Shown here in pieces: positions 1 through 8,951 of a stretch of 61,535 bases of DNA. The position numbers and the translations under genes are program-made. Each line of letters opens with the position of its first letter. Position 1 is the stretch's first letter. The notes under the pieces are model-generated. The model was not told where the DNA came from. It did not search any database and saw nothing but the letters and a program-made list of their open reading frames with translations. The stretch comes from a virus (taxonomy: Duplodnaviria; Caudoviricetes), in IMG/VR virus record IMGVR_UViG_3300035182_000178, positions 1-61,535 of that record; one strand, written 5' to 3'.

Positions 1-74
1 GCCCACAATAAGCAAGCCCCCTACTGAGCGGCAATATTCCTTCACGAGCCACACTATACAGCTAAGAGCCTACT

Positions 75-782
75 ATGAACGACACACTGAAAGAAAAACT
101 ATTGGATATTGCGGTCGCGCACGGACACATACACAAGCGCACGAAGACCTCAACCTCTGGTACAAGCCTGACAATCTTACGTGACTGGTTTGCAGAGACG
201 GATAACCCTGAAGTAAAAGGCCGACATATGGCTGACTGCCGATGTGCTTGCGGTAACGAGCTGACCTTACCCTGGAACCAAGTCAAAAAGAAAATAATCA
301 CACACTGTGGATGCCTGAAGAAACCAACGAAGGACAGAGTGCTTGCGAAGTACAAAGAAACTCGTGTAGTCGCCCCCAAAGGACACAGGGACTGGACGCG
401 AGCGGGTGTTGATGCTGACGGAGTATTTGGCCTAATGCGTTTTGTTGGATGGGAACGGAGAGCGGACCCCACGTACAGACCAAAACCTGTTCCCAAGGAT
501 CAGCGCAAGCGTAGCGGTGAAAGACGTGGTGTTGAGGGGACGCGGGTGTTTTGGAAGATGGTTTGTGCTTGTGGGAAGGTTGTGTGGGTGCAGAGTATTG
601 ACGTGAACAGGCGCGTGCCGCTGACTTGCGGGGGATCGTTCTGCACGCGCTTCTTAGCGAGTGGGTATAGTCGCAGGCAGGCTATGAAGCACTTCACTAA
701 GATGAGGAACAGGGACAAGGAAATCGTGGAGTCGTTCGATCACGTGACCGAAAACAAAGTTGATGGTGGATATCGCTTGTAA
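75..782 (+). CDS. Cys-rich protein with two CxCxCG/CxCG...CG modules, like the N-terminal region of HNH/AP2 homing-endonuclease-associated proteins
   Basis: CRCACGNELT...THCGCL and WKMVCACGKVV...LTCGG; no clear HNH catalytic domain. Confidence 0.5.
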   Translation: MNDTLKEKLLDIAVAHGHIHKRTKTSTSGTSLTILRDWFAETDNPEVKGRHMADCRCACGNELTLPWNQVKKKIITHCGCLKKPTKDRVLAKYKETRVVAPKGHRDWTRAGVDADGVFGLMRFVGWERRADPTYRPKPVPKDQRKRSGERRGVEGTRVFWKMVCACGKVVWVQSIDVNRRVPLTCGGSFCTRFLASGYSRRQAMKHFTKMRNRDKEIVESFDHVTENKVDGGYRL

Positions 783-787
783 ATGTA

Positions 788-816
788 TTGCGCTCTGGAA
801 GGTTAGGTGGCATACT
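788..816 (+). promoter_or_regulatory. sigma70-type early promoter
   Basis: TTGCGC-17 bp-CATACT with TG extended -10, upstream of an AGGAG RBS and ATG 868. Confidence 0.6.
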
Positions 817-867
817 GTGTCACATGGCAGTTAGCTGCCTAACCCTCAATCATACAGGAGATATATC

Positions 868-1836
868 ATGGCACACGAAATCCACCGCGACGCCTCTGGC
901 AAGGCACACTTCGCTTATGTAGGCTCAACCCCTTGGCACGGACTCGGGCAACTGCTGACGCCCGACGCGTCACTCGCTGTCTGGACCCAAGAAGCGGGTT
1001 TCAACTGGCAAATCGAACGCGGCGATGTGATGACCGAACTGGCCGACGGATCCAAGATCGTTATGCCCGAACGTAACCTCCTGTATCGCTCTGATACGAA
1101 GGTTCCGCTGGCAGTTGTTGGTTCCAAGTACAAGATCGTACAACCGACCGAAATCCTGCACTTCTACGAAGACTTGATCGGTGCCGCTGGCTTTACGCTC
1201 GAGACTGCGGGTATGCTGTTCGGTGGTCGGCGTTTCTTCGCAATGGCGCGCACCAACTACTCCGACGAAGTGCTGGCAGGGGACAAGGTTGATCAGTTCC
1301 TGCTCCTGACTACCGCGTGCGACGGCTCTCTGGCCACGACTGCTAAGTTCACGAGCGTTCGTGTCGTGTGTAACAACACCCTGACGATGAGCCTGCATCA
1401 CGACAGCAAGCAGAACACGGTCAAGGTGCCTCACTCCGCTTCGTTTGATCCCAAGAAGGTCAAGGAGACACTGGGCATCGCTGGTGAGACCTTTGATAAC
1501 TTCCTGGTTGACATGCGCAAGCTGGCTGAAACGCCGATGTCCAAGAACGAGGCGATCAACTTCCTGATCGAACTGGTTGGCGATCCGATGGAATCTCTGG
1601 AAGACCAGACTCCGGGCGCGGCCAATCTCATGACTCACTTGTTTAATTTGTGGAATACGGACAGTATCGGCAACGAACTGGCGGGACATACTCATTGGGG
1701 CATGCTGAACGCTGTTACGGAATTCTACGACCATCACACGGGCCACAAAACCCGCGACGCTGCCCTGAACAATACGTGGTTCGGCGAGGGCGAAAAGCTG
1801 AAGCTCCAAGCCTACGACATGCTCGTTGCGGATTAA
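868..1836 (+). CDS. DUF932 / TIGR03299-type phage/plasmid protein
   Basis: TPWHGLGQ, YKIVQPTEIL, ETAGMLFGGRRFF, TSVRVVCNNTL, THWGMLNAVTEFYDH; strong RBS. Confidence 0.85.
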   Translation: MAHEIHRDASGKAHFAYVGSTPWHGLGQLLTPDASLAVWTQEAGFNWQIERGDVMTELADGSKIVMPERNLLYRSDTKVPLAVVGSKYKIVQPTEILHFYEDLIGAAGFTLETAGMLFGGRRFFAMARTNYSDEVLAGDKVDQFLLLTTACDGSLATTAKFTSVRVVCNNTLTMSLHHDSKQNTVKVPHSASFDPKKVKETLGIAGETFDNFLVDMRKLAETPMSKNEAINFLIELVGDPMESLEDQTPGAANLMTHLFNLWNTDSIGNELAGHTHWGMLNAVTEFYDHHTGHKTRDAALNNTWFGEGEKLKLQAYDMLVAD

Positions 1837-1862
1837 CTGATCTGTAGTGCCTCCCCCGCTTT

Positions 1863-1892
1863 CCCTCGGCCTTCGGGTCGGTGGGTCTTTTT
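1863..1892 (+). terminator. intrinsic terminator
   Basis: CCCTCGGCC-TTCG-GGTCGGTGGG stem-loop then TCTTTTT after the DUF932 stop. Confidence 0.6.
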
Positions 1893-1910
1893 GTACAGAA
1901 GGATACAGAT

Positions 1911-2321
1911 ATGAGAACACCTCAAGAAATTAGCGATCTACTCGTTGAAAGGGCACGCTCCAATTACCGAAATCCCTGTCAGTACATTTGCGATTGTTTC
2001 TACCACGACGATCCTATGGATCTGACTCAAGACGAGTTAGACATTGCTGTTGATATCGTGGATCGTATCCACGCTTACATTCACCAGACTATCGAAGGAC
2101 ATTGGTCTGTCTTTGAACACCTGCTCATCAAGAACCACAGGGACAAGCTCACTCACCCTGTCGTTGAGTCTATTGAAAAAGGTCTTTGTGTCTACCCGGC
2201 TTTTAGCTTCGCCTTCATAGAAACACTGGAAGATGAGACCAACGCTTTTCGTAAAGACTTGTTGGACACAATCAAATCCATGTCGGCCGACGGCCTTTTC
2301 TGCGAGGATAATCCATCATGA
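1911..2321 (+). CDS. hypothetical early protein
   Basis: AAGGA RBS before ATG 1911; ATGA overlap with the next ORF. Confidence 0.6.
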   Translation: MRTPQEISDLLVERARSNYRNPCQYICDCFYHDDPMDLTQDELDIAVDIVDRIHAYIHQTIEGHWSVFEHLLIKNHRDKLTHPVVESIEKGLCVYPAFSFAFIETLEDETNAFRKDLLDTIKSMSADGLFCEDNPS

Positions 2322-2785
2322 CTACTATTGACGAACTCTCCTTAGAACTGTCCATACTAGGTATAGTCTACGACAGGGTCAAGGCCAAGAACTTTGAATA
2401 CCCGTACATTTGCACGATGGTCCACTCTATCATCGCACGTTTGTATCCCGGTGCCGACGAAATGGAAACCAATGCTTTCGGCGATGAAATGAGTCGCCGC
2501 ATCAGAGGCGAAGTGACCGAGATGCTCGACGGGTTCGGTTCTGTCGAAGGCATGCTTTACGGGAACGAGCTTGACCGCTACCTCGTAGAGCAGCATGAAC
2601 GTGAGCCAGTGCACTATTGCGCCGAAGACCTGCTGCAAGATAGCCTTGCAGGGGTTTCCACAGTGGCGTGGCAATACCGCTTGGCTATCCTACGCGTCCT
2701 CATGGCTCGGCGCAGTGCCACCATCGCCAAATTACAAGAAGAACACGCCATGCGCCATGCAGGGTATGGTCCAGGGGGTCTGTGA
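2318..2785 (+). CDS. hypothetical early protein, possibly a weak paralogue of 1911-2321
   Basis: Coupled ORF; both have an early YIC motif (CQYICD / YPYICT) and G-x-x-SV (EGHWSV / DGFGSV). Confidence 0.55.
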   Translation: MTTIDELSLELSILGIVYDRVKAKNFEYPYICTMVHSIIARLYPGADEMETNAFGDEMSRRIRGEVTEMLDGFGSVEGMLYGNELDRYLVEQHEREPVHYCAEDLLQDSLAGVSTVAWQYRLAILRVLMARRSATIAKLQEEHAMRHAGYGPGGL

Positions 2786-3006
2786 TGAACCTCTCTGTTA
2801 CGGATGCGAAAACAGTTCTTGGTCAACACAGATCCTCGAAGACGCCGCTACAACGGTGCCTCACAGCACTACCTGCCACAGATGAAATGACGGAGGCTTC
2901 ATCGTGAACAAGTTTATCGAACAAATGCCTTCCATCGTTTTCTGGGCGGCAATCTTTCTTGTTTCTACCAACCTGTTAGACATCCAATGGGTGTAAGGAG
3001 AATAAA

Positions 3007-3258
3007 ATGAGTATCGCGGACCGCATCTTTATCGAAGGTCTTTTGGCTGTTGCATCTGAAGACATTCGCGCTCAAACCATCGACCTTACCACCAAGCTGA
3101 TGAAGCTCATCAGCGAGTACCCGAAGCCTGTTATCGCCCTCACCTTGCTTCGTATCAACATGGAAGTCGGTGAAATGGCACACAGCGAACTGGAACGCAT
3201 TATCTACGATCGCAAGCAACCCGCGCCTCCGAAACCCGTCACTTCTGGGATGCACTGA
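3007..3258 (+). CDS. hypothetical protein
   Basis: AAGGAG RBS, 83 aa ORF. Confidence 0.6.
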   Translation: MSIADRIFIEGLLAVASEDIRAQTIDLTTKLMKLISEYPKPVIALTLLRINMEVGEMAHSELERIIYDRKQPAPPKPVTSGMH

Positions 3259-3447
3259 CATGGCCGACTTCAAGCATGACGATCTAACCGCGTACGAAGG
3301 GCTGTGGCATCAACGTTGGTCGCTGCCCACCGAGTCGGTTGAAGACAGGATTAAACGCCGCCTCAAAGATAACCACAAGTGTCTGGATCGTGAAGGAATC
3401 GTAGTCTTTAAACAACTGATTGTAGAATCTGCTGAATGGAGAAGGAA

Positions 3448-3687
3448 ATGAAAAAAGTATTCTGTGACATCTGCGGCGAGGAAATGGACTACGCCACTAT
3501 GCCGAATTTCATCAGGGGGAAACAGGAACAGGTGACTGTACTCAGCGTCAATCATGAGAAAATCAATGTGTCCCTCTGCGTCAAGGTCGACGAAGCGTAC
3601 GACAAGAATGGCAGTCACACAGATGTTTGTACGGACTGTCGTATGAGCGCCCTTTCTATGCTCAACAAGCGTCCCAAAGCTACTTGA
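3448..3687 (+). CDS. small CxxC...CxxC putative zinc-binding protein
   Basis: FCDICG ... VCTDC; AAGGA RBS. Confidence 0.55.
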   Translation: MKKVFCDICGEEMDYATMPNFIRGKQEQVTVLSVNHEKINVSLCVKVDEAYDKNGSHTDVCTDCRMSALSMLNKRPKAT

Positions 3688-4068
3688 GGATAACGGACAC
3701 ACCGAAAATTAAAGATGTCGCTGTTGTCGTAGGTTCGTACGAAGGTCACGACATGAATCCAAGTCTCGTCCTTCGTACGATGACCTCAGTGACGATGTCC
3801 CTTTCTAAGGTGTGGTATGGTCGCACTCTTTTACATTGTTCTCTTATTCATGGCGTTTATGTGGCTAATCTCAAGAAAATGGTGAACACCGATAACTACT
3901 GGCGTTCGCAGCAAGCATCGAAACCATCAATGCTCGGCGCTTCCATACCACTGAAGAAATGTCGCTGTTGCGGACTCTACAGGACCCCAACAGGATCCAA
4001 GAACGTCGATATCGGTGAACGTCAACGCGCTTTTGTTTGCGCTGACTGCGTTAAGAAAGGGAAACACG

Positions 4069-4287
4069 ATGAGCTACGTGATAGAAGTGTTCGATAACAC
4101 TGCCCAGCGAATAGGGTATGCGTGGCGCGGTAAATTAACCGTGCGCAACACAGGCCACTACCCACACCCATCCTCAGCAGCTAAAGGCGTGGTGGCATAC
4201 CTTAAAACGCACCCCGAGCACCACTGCTTCGTCAACAGATTCAAAACAATACGACATCGCTTTGGTGTTTGTTTTCCGCCGCGCTAA
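4069..4287 (+). CDS. hypothetical protein
   Basis: AAGGG RBS before MSYVIEVFD. Confidence 0.45.
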   Translation: MSYVIEVFDNTAQRIGYAWRGKLTVRNTGHYPHPSSAAKGVVAYLKTHPEHHCFVNRFKTIRHRFGVCFPPR

Positions 4288-4335
4288 TTGTGGTACTATG
4301 TTCCTGTAGTAAATGAACACATACAGGAGATAACC

Positions 4336-4590
4336 ATGTCTGACAATCAACTGAAGTATAATCCTAGCATGTCGCAAGATAAGACGAAGCCTCACCATTT
4401 CTACGCTTCGTCTATTTGCACTTGGCGCACCAACACCAATCTCGAAGAACTGATCGCAGACATGAAGCAAGAAGGCCGAAGTTTCAACGTGTTCTATGTT
4501 CCTCTCGACGAAACGGCAATCTACAAGATCCGGTGCTACGCGCCCGAAGTTGAAGGCGTTATCTACCTCGGTATCTGGAACAAGGAGTAA
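4336..4590 (+). CDS. hypothetical protein
   Basis: CATACAGGAGATAACC-ATG leader. Confidence 0.6.
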   Translation: MSDNQLKYNPSMSQDKTKPHHFYASSICTWRTNTNLEELIADMKQEGRSFNVFYVPLDETAIYKIRCYAPEVEGVIYLGIWNKE

Positions 4591-4593
4591 GTC

Positions 4594-4872
4594 GTGTCCA
4601 ACGTGATCCCCGCTTCTTGTACACTGAACCAAGAGTTCATTGGCAAAGTCAAACCAGCTATTTTGCGAGTCTGGAACAGCGTTGCTGCCGATTTGTGTGA
4701 CGATGATGACGAGATGAGCAACCAGCTTGCGATTGAATACTGTATTGATGCAGATCGACTCTGGTTGTGTGGTGAAGATAAAGACGCCAACGATCTTGTT
4801 CGCGAACAGTGTAAAATTCACGGTCACACCAGAGTTCTCAAGTTTTTGTCCCGTAACATCTCTATTTACTGA
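4594..4872 (+). CDS. hypothetical protein
   Basis: AAGGAG RBS, GTG start. Confidence 0.55.
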   Translation: MSNVIPASCTLNQEFIGKVKPAILRVWNSVAADLCDDDDEMSNQLAIEYCIDADRLWLCGEDKDANDLVREQCKIHGHTRVLKFLSRNISIY

Positions 4873-4999
4873 GGAGATATTGTGAGTAATGAAACACCAG
4901 AACAACGTCGTGAAAAAGAACGATTCACCACTGTTTCATCAACAAGTATCGTAATACACTGCATCGGTTTCACTGCTTCACCACATACAGGAGATAACA

Positions 5000-5233
5000 A
5001 TGGCAACAATTGACAAGACAATCGCCGACCGCATCGTTGCTGGCGAGTTTACTGAAGACAACATAAATCGTATCGTTCGTTATATCAATGCGTGGAGCAA
5101 CCCGGCGTATGGTGTGACATTCGGTACTCAGGATAAGTCGCGTTACATGGTCGAGACGCCTTTTGTTCGCAACCCCGTCATCTACTGGGATCCGGCAGAA
5201 GGCATTGACAGATCTGGAGAATTTGACACATAA
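5000..5233 (+). CDS. hypothetical protein
   Basis: CATACAGGAGATAACA-ATG leader. Confidence 0.6.
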   Translation: MATIDKTIADRIVAGEFTEDNINRIVRYINAWSNPAYGVTFGTQDKSRYMVETPFVRNPVIYWDPAEGIDRSGEFDT

Positions 5234-5454
5234 GAAATGCGAACTATTCTGTACGTCTCTTGATGGACGGAGATACGGTCAAAGTGCTCGCGCCGTCGAC
5301 TCTGTACCTGAAACCCAAACCAAGGAGCAAGAAATGAACACCCAAACTCAAGACACCGCAAGATCAAAGCTAAACCGAAAAAAACTGGTGCAGAAGATCG
5401 CTTCTCTCAACGAAGACATCGAAGCTCTAGTGTCGTATGTAGACGGTTGCTAAC

Positions 5455-5679
5455 ATGCTCCGCGTCAATAATACTGGTTACGAGGAATCTGACCTGATTG
5501 CTGACGCGGTTCGCCGCATTGATCTCTGGGCTCCGGCAGGAGTTCCTAATTGGAAAGCCTTACAGAACGTATTCGGTATCCCGGAGCAAGCTGCTCGCGA
5601 AATCTGCGTCATGTGTGACGTCAACCCTGATCTCTGTGAAGGTGCACGATGTCTATCGTCGAAAAACGCGAAGTCATAA
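5455..5679 (+). CDS. hypothetical protein
   Basis: 74 aa ORF in the early gene run. Confidence 0.45.
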   Translation: MLRVNNTGYEESDLIADAVRRIDLWAPAGVPNWKALQNVFGIPEQAAREICVMCDVNPDLCEGARCLSSKNAKS

Positions 5680-5922
5680 AACTTTTGAGCAAGTACGTCA
5701 ACTTCGACGATGAGCAAGTTACCGGTCAAGTCGTGTACCTACTCGGCGGCGTTGCGCAAGTTGTGTTCAACTGGCAAGAACTTGAACTGTGGCGTCAAGC
5801 CACTGGCCTTAACAAGAGTTTGTTTAAGACACACGTCTGGCCTATCTTCGAGTACAAGTTTTACAGGTACGACGAACTGCATCGCCTCGTGTCTGATGTA
5901 CCAAAATATTTACGAGAAGGGG

Positions 5923-5950
5923 TTGCATTGACGCCAAAATCCGGTATAAT
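5923..5950 (+). promoter_or_regulatory. sigma70-type promoter for the 6072 gene
   Basis: TTGCAT-16 bp-TATAAT. Confidence 0.6.
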
Positions 5951-6071
5951 TCAATCCATACAGAGGGATAATCAACCTCGTATCAATCCGCAAACGCCGA
6001 CCGCCAAATCGTCGTTTGCTTCATCCACACCGCTTCGTGAAAGAAGTGGTTTATCTCAGGAGATAGAGATC

Positions 6072-6560
6072 ATGGCAAAGACCGCAGTGTTTGATTCCGA
6101 AAACGTCCTCGTTGATATCTACGAGTCCAAGAAAGAAGCCAGGGCCCACAACAAGGGCACCGACCTGAAGTTCATCGACGCCAAGTCCTTCCCGAAGGGC
6201 GGTATCGGCGAATACGCCACCGTCGAAACCCTGTTCCCTGCCAAGGAAAAACCGGCCAAACCTGAAGGCGAAAAGACCCGCACCGTGGTCAAGCGCGAAG
6301 GTACTTACCGTGTCGTCAAAGCCGACGGTGCGCGCTTCAACGATGGCGACGAGCGCGGTCTCCTGCACACCGCACTGATGGGTTCCACTTCTGTCGAAGA
6401 ATATCTCGGCAAGGCACCGAAGGAAGCTAAGTTCACCTCTTCGCGTGGCGCTGCTCAAGTCGTTACCGCTGCTGGCTATATGTCCTACGCTTTCAAGCGT
6501 GGTTGGATTTCCCAAGGCGAGGCCAGTGACGATCAGCCGGAAGTGGTCGTCGAAGAATAA
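6072..6560 (+). CDS. small putative DNA-binding protein, paralogue of 59823-60437
   Basis: CAGGAG RBS before ATG 6072 inside ORF 5649-6560; GTYRVVK...SVEEYL...YAFKRGWI domain shared with the 59823 ORF. Confidence 0.7.
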   Translation: MAKTAVFDSENVLVDIYESKKEARAHNKGTDLKFIDAKSFPKGGIGEYATVETLFPAKEKPAKPEGEKTRTVVKREGTYRVVKADGARFNDGDERGLLHTALMGSTSVEEYLGKAPKEAKFTSSRGAAQVVTAAGYMSYAFKRGWISQGEASDDQPEVVVEE

Positions 6561-6572
6561 TCTGCACCGCCC

Positions 6573-6604
6573 AAAACAAACCCGGCCTAGGCCGGGTTTT
6601 TTAT
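6573..6604. terminator. bidirectional intrinsic terminator between the early and replication operons
   Basis: Perfect palindrome AAACCCGGCCTAGGCCGGGTTT with A/T tracts on both sides, between convergent genes. Confidence 0.85.
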
Positions 6605-6632
6605 TGCTTGTTTTATGGGCCTGAGACTGTTT

Positions 6633-7094
6633 CTACGGCACCTTGGCTGGCTCAACGCGTTGGCCCCTAGGGGCAAGTATAGGCCAACCCAATAGAGTTG
6701 CTGGCGTACTGTCCAAGGGAACTGCATACTCAGTAAGTTCCGTCCTTGTCATGTCGTTAAAGTGTTCAGCTAGGTGGCTCGGAACAATAAACGTTTGCCG
6801 TGCATGGCTTACCCCCACACCACATAAGATAACGCTGCGTAGGCGCTTCTGCGAAGCTGCTATGTGCCATGCTATTTGTTCCACGCGCAGTCCGTCACGA
6901 CCAAACACCTTAGTTGTGTCACGCTTCGGCCATTCTTTCTGTGCTTTCAGTTCTACCCAGCAGTACCAGTCACCTTCGCCGATCCACAGGTCTGGAACAC
7001 CGTCACCAGTACTGGTCTCTATACGTACGTGAAAAAGCCCCGCTTTCTGCAAGCGAGGCTTCAGGGAAGACCAGAGATTATTCTCGGCTGCCAT
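6633..7094 (-). CDS. VRR-NUC-like PD-(D/E)xK nuclease / Holliday junction resolvase
   Basis: RIETSTGDGVPDL, WVELKA, LRVEQIAWH. Confidence 0.75.
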   Translation of the reverse strand: MAAENNLWSSLKPRLQKAGLFHVRIETSTGDGVPDLWIGEGDWYCWVELKAQKEWPKRDTTKVFGRDGLRVEQIAWHIAASQKRLRSVILCGVGVSHARQTFIVPSHLAEHFNDMTRTELTEYAVPLDSTPATLLGWPILAPRGQRVEPAKVP

Positions 7095-8044
7095 TATTTT
7101 TCCCAGGGACGTTTGACAATTGCCACGCGATTGATGTGATTGTCCTTTATCAGAGCGACGTCAGCGTCGGTGTAGCCCTCGAGCTTGACCTTACCGAATT
7201 TATCTGGTAGCAGACCGATACGGTAAGATGGATGATCACATCGTGAACAGATACCGATCTTATCACGCTCACCTGTGAGAAGGATTCGACGTGCAGCTTT
7301 GAACTTTTCATTGTTCCAGATCGTGTCAATTGCAGTGTGGTTGATGTTACCGAAATCAGTTTCGCGACGCCAGTCAATGCAGCAGATGGAAATATGTCCG
7401 TCCCACTTTACAGCCACCTCGCGGAACACCTTGGCACAACGTGCCTTCACCTTCCTCGGAGGAAGCCCGATTCCAGCGTGGTTGTTCAGTACGCTGTGTG
7501 TGCCTTTGGTTTCACCTGCAATGTCAGTCAGGAACACGAGACGCTGCTTGCGTGAACGCTGGTGCGGATTGGCGTCCTTGTTCGCTGGATAGTTCATTAC
7601 TTCGCGTGAAGCAGGCCAAGCAATCTTTTCGCCGAGGCCGCCGTCATAGTCTTCGATCGCCAGTGTGTTGATGCCAGCATCGAATATTGAATCGATCATC
7701 CCTTCTTTGGTGAACTTGGCGCCGTTACTGAGCATAACCATGTACTGACGCGGCAGGTGACGTCGGAAGGCTTCAATGATCAGGAACACATTGGGATTCA
7801 TAGAAGGCTCGCCGAAGCCAGCGAACAAGAGTTGACTATTCCACCCTGCGATCTTGATCTGCTTTGCTAGCTCCTCCGCCGTTTCCAGCGTCATGAACTT
7901 GTAGTCGCCGACGCCTTCACGAATACCATTGAGACCGCACGCCCAACAAAGTCCTTCGGTGCCGTCTGGTCGTGGAACACGGATATTACAACCTTCTGTC
8001 AGGTCGATCTGGATAGTAAAGGGCGCGTCTTGATTATAACTCAT
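7094..8044 (-). CDS. radical SAM enzyme with C-terminal SPASM/twitch domain and atypical CX13CX2C motif
   Basis: IDLTEGCNIRVPRPDGTEGLCWAC, AGFGEPSMNP, LSNG, CAKVF...WDGHISICCIDW...GN...IWN...ICSRC. Confidence 0.85.
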   Translation of the reverse strand: MSYNQDAPFTIQIDLTEGCNIRVPRPDGTEGLCWACGLNGIREGVGDYKFMTLETAEELAKQIKIAGWNSQLLFAGFGEPSMNPNVFLIIEAFRRHLPRQYMVMLSNGAKFTKEGMIDSIFDAGINTLAIEDYDGGLGEKIAWPASREVMNYPANKDANPHQRSRKQRLVFLTDIAGETKGTHSVLNNHAGIGLPPRKVKARCAKVFREVAVKWDGHISICCIDWRRETDFGNINHTAIDTIWNNEKFKAARRILLTGERDKIGICSRCDHPSYRIGLLPDKFGKVKLEGYTDADVALIKDNHINRVAIVKRPWEK

Positions 8045-8951
8045 TGTAGATCTCCAGGAGTGTGGACTTAAGTTCTGCGACATAGTCTGTCGTCCACAGG
8101 TTACGTTGCTCGTTTCGCATAGCTAGTAGATCGGTGCTGCGATACATATGCTCAAGATCAGCAGCGTTTTCTACTTGCCACTTTTCAGGAACAATAATGT
8201 TGGCTTCGCGCAGCATCTTCACCGACCGTATGTCAAAGAAGATCGGGACACCGGCTGACAGCATTTCATAGAAACGATTGGCTGGCGAATGAAACTCACG
8301 ATGCGAGCGCTCGTCTTCTATGTAGAGCGCAGCATCAAAGCGACATGCTTCCTTGATCACGTTTTCAAACGGCTTGATGAACTTAACGTTCGCACCTATC
8401 GCCTCAAACTTCTTGCGACGAAGCGTCGTGGTGCTGACGGTGATCGGGCAGGTGCCTGTGAAGAACCGCTTGAACGACTCTTGTCGCTTTTCACGGAAGG
8501 CGCCGTAGTAAAGGACACAGTTGTTGCTGAGCATCCTGAACGGATGTGGGTCATAAGTCAGTTGGTTCCAGTTGATGTACCTATCGTCTTCAGTTATGAC
8601 GTTATTACGACATGTGGTCCAGAACACAGGGCGCAGCTTAAGTTCAGCGAAGACCTTACGGAACGGTGATTCGGCGTTACTATTGGCTGACGGCGGCATG
8701 ATCGTATAGTCTTGCTGCACCCAGACTACTTGCTTGCTTCGCCGGACAAGGGTAGCAAGCTCCGGCAGGAAGTCACAAAAGGCCATAGGTCCGTTGACGA
8801 TGATCAATTTTTCAATCGGACCTTTGTCCTTTGCTCGTTCTTTGGTGTCAATGAGACTGAGACCAAGTGTATCGCAAATGAACCGGGCGACACGCGCACT
8901 GGCGATTGTACTGTTCGGCTTACATTCTGTCATATGTACGACGCAGTTCAT
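8034..8951 (-). CDS. T4 beta-glucosyltransferase-like GT-B DNA glycosyltransferase
   Basis: Collinear motif matches to T4 BGT as recalled: KLIIVNGPMAF~RLIVVNSSINF, WVQQDY~YLFTDI, LYYGAFREKRQE~IYGGSFRSGQRE, AALYIED..NRFYEML~AALIIGD..LRVWETM, WQVENAADL~FYVNNRAEL. Confidence 0.75.
   Translation of the reverse strand: MNCVVHMTECKPNSTIASARVARFICDTLGLSLIDTKERAKDKGPIEKLIIVNGPMAFCDFLPELATLVRRSKQVVWVQQDYTIMPPSANSNAESPFRKVFAELKLRPVFWTTCRNNVITEDDRYINWNQLTYDPHPFRMLSNNCVLYYGAFREKRQESFKRFFTGTCPITVSTTTLRRKKFEAIGANVKFIKPFENVIKEACRFDAALYIEDERSHREFHSPANRFYEMLSAGVPIFFDIRSVKMLREANIIVPEKWQVENAADLEHMYRSTDLLAMRNEQRNLWTTDYVAELKSTLLEIYNEL

Noticed and set aside
7094-8044. QueE and a 7-deazaguanine modification pathway
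   Set aside because: The expanded Cys motif is reminiscent, but a SPASM domain is present and no FolE, QueD, QueC or DpdA is recognisable
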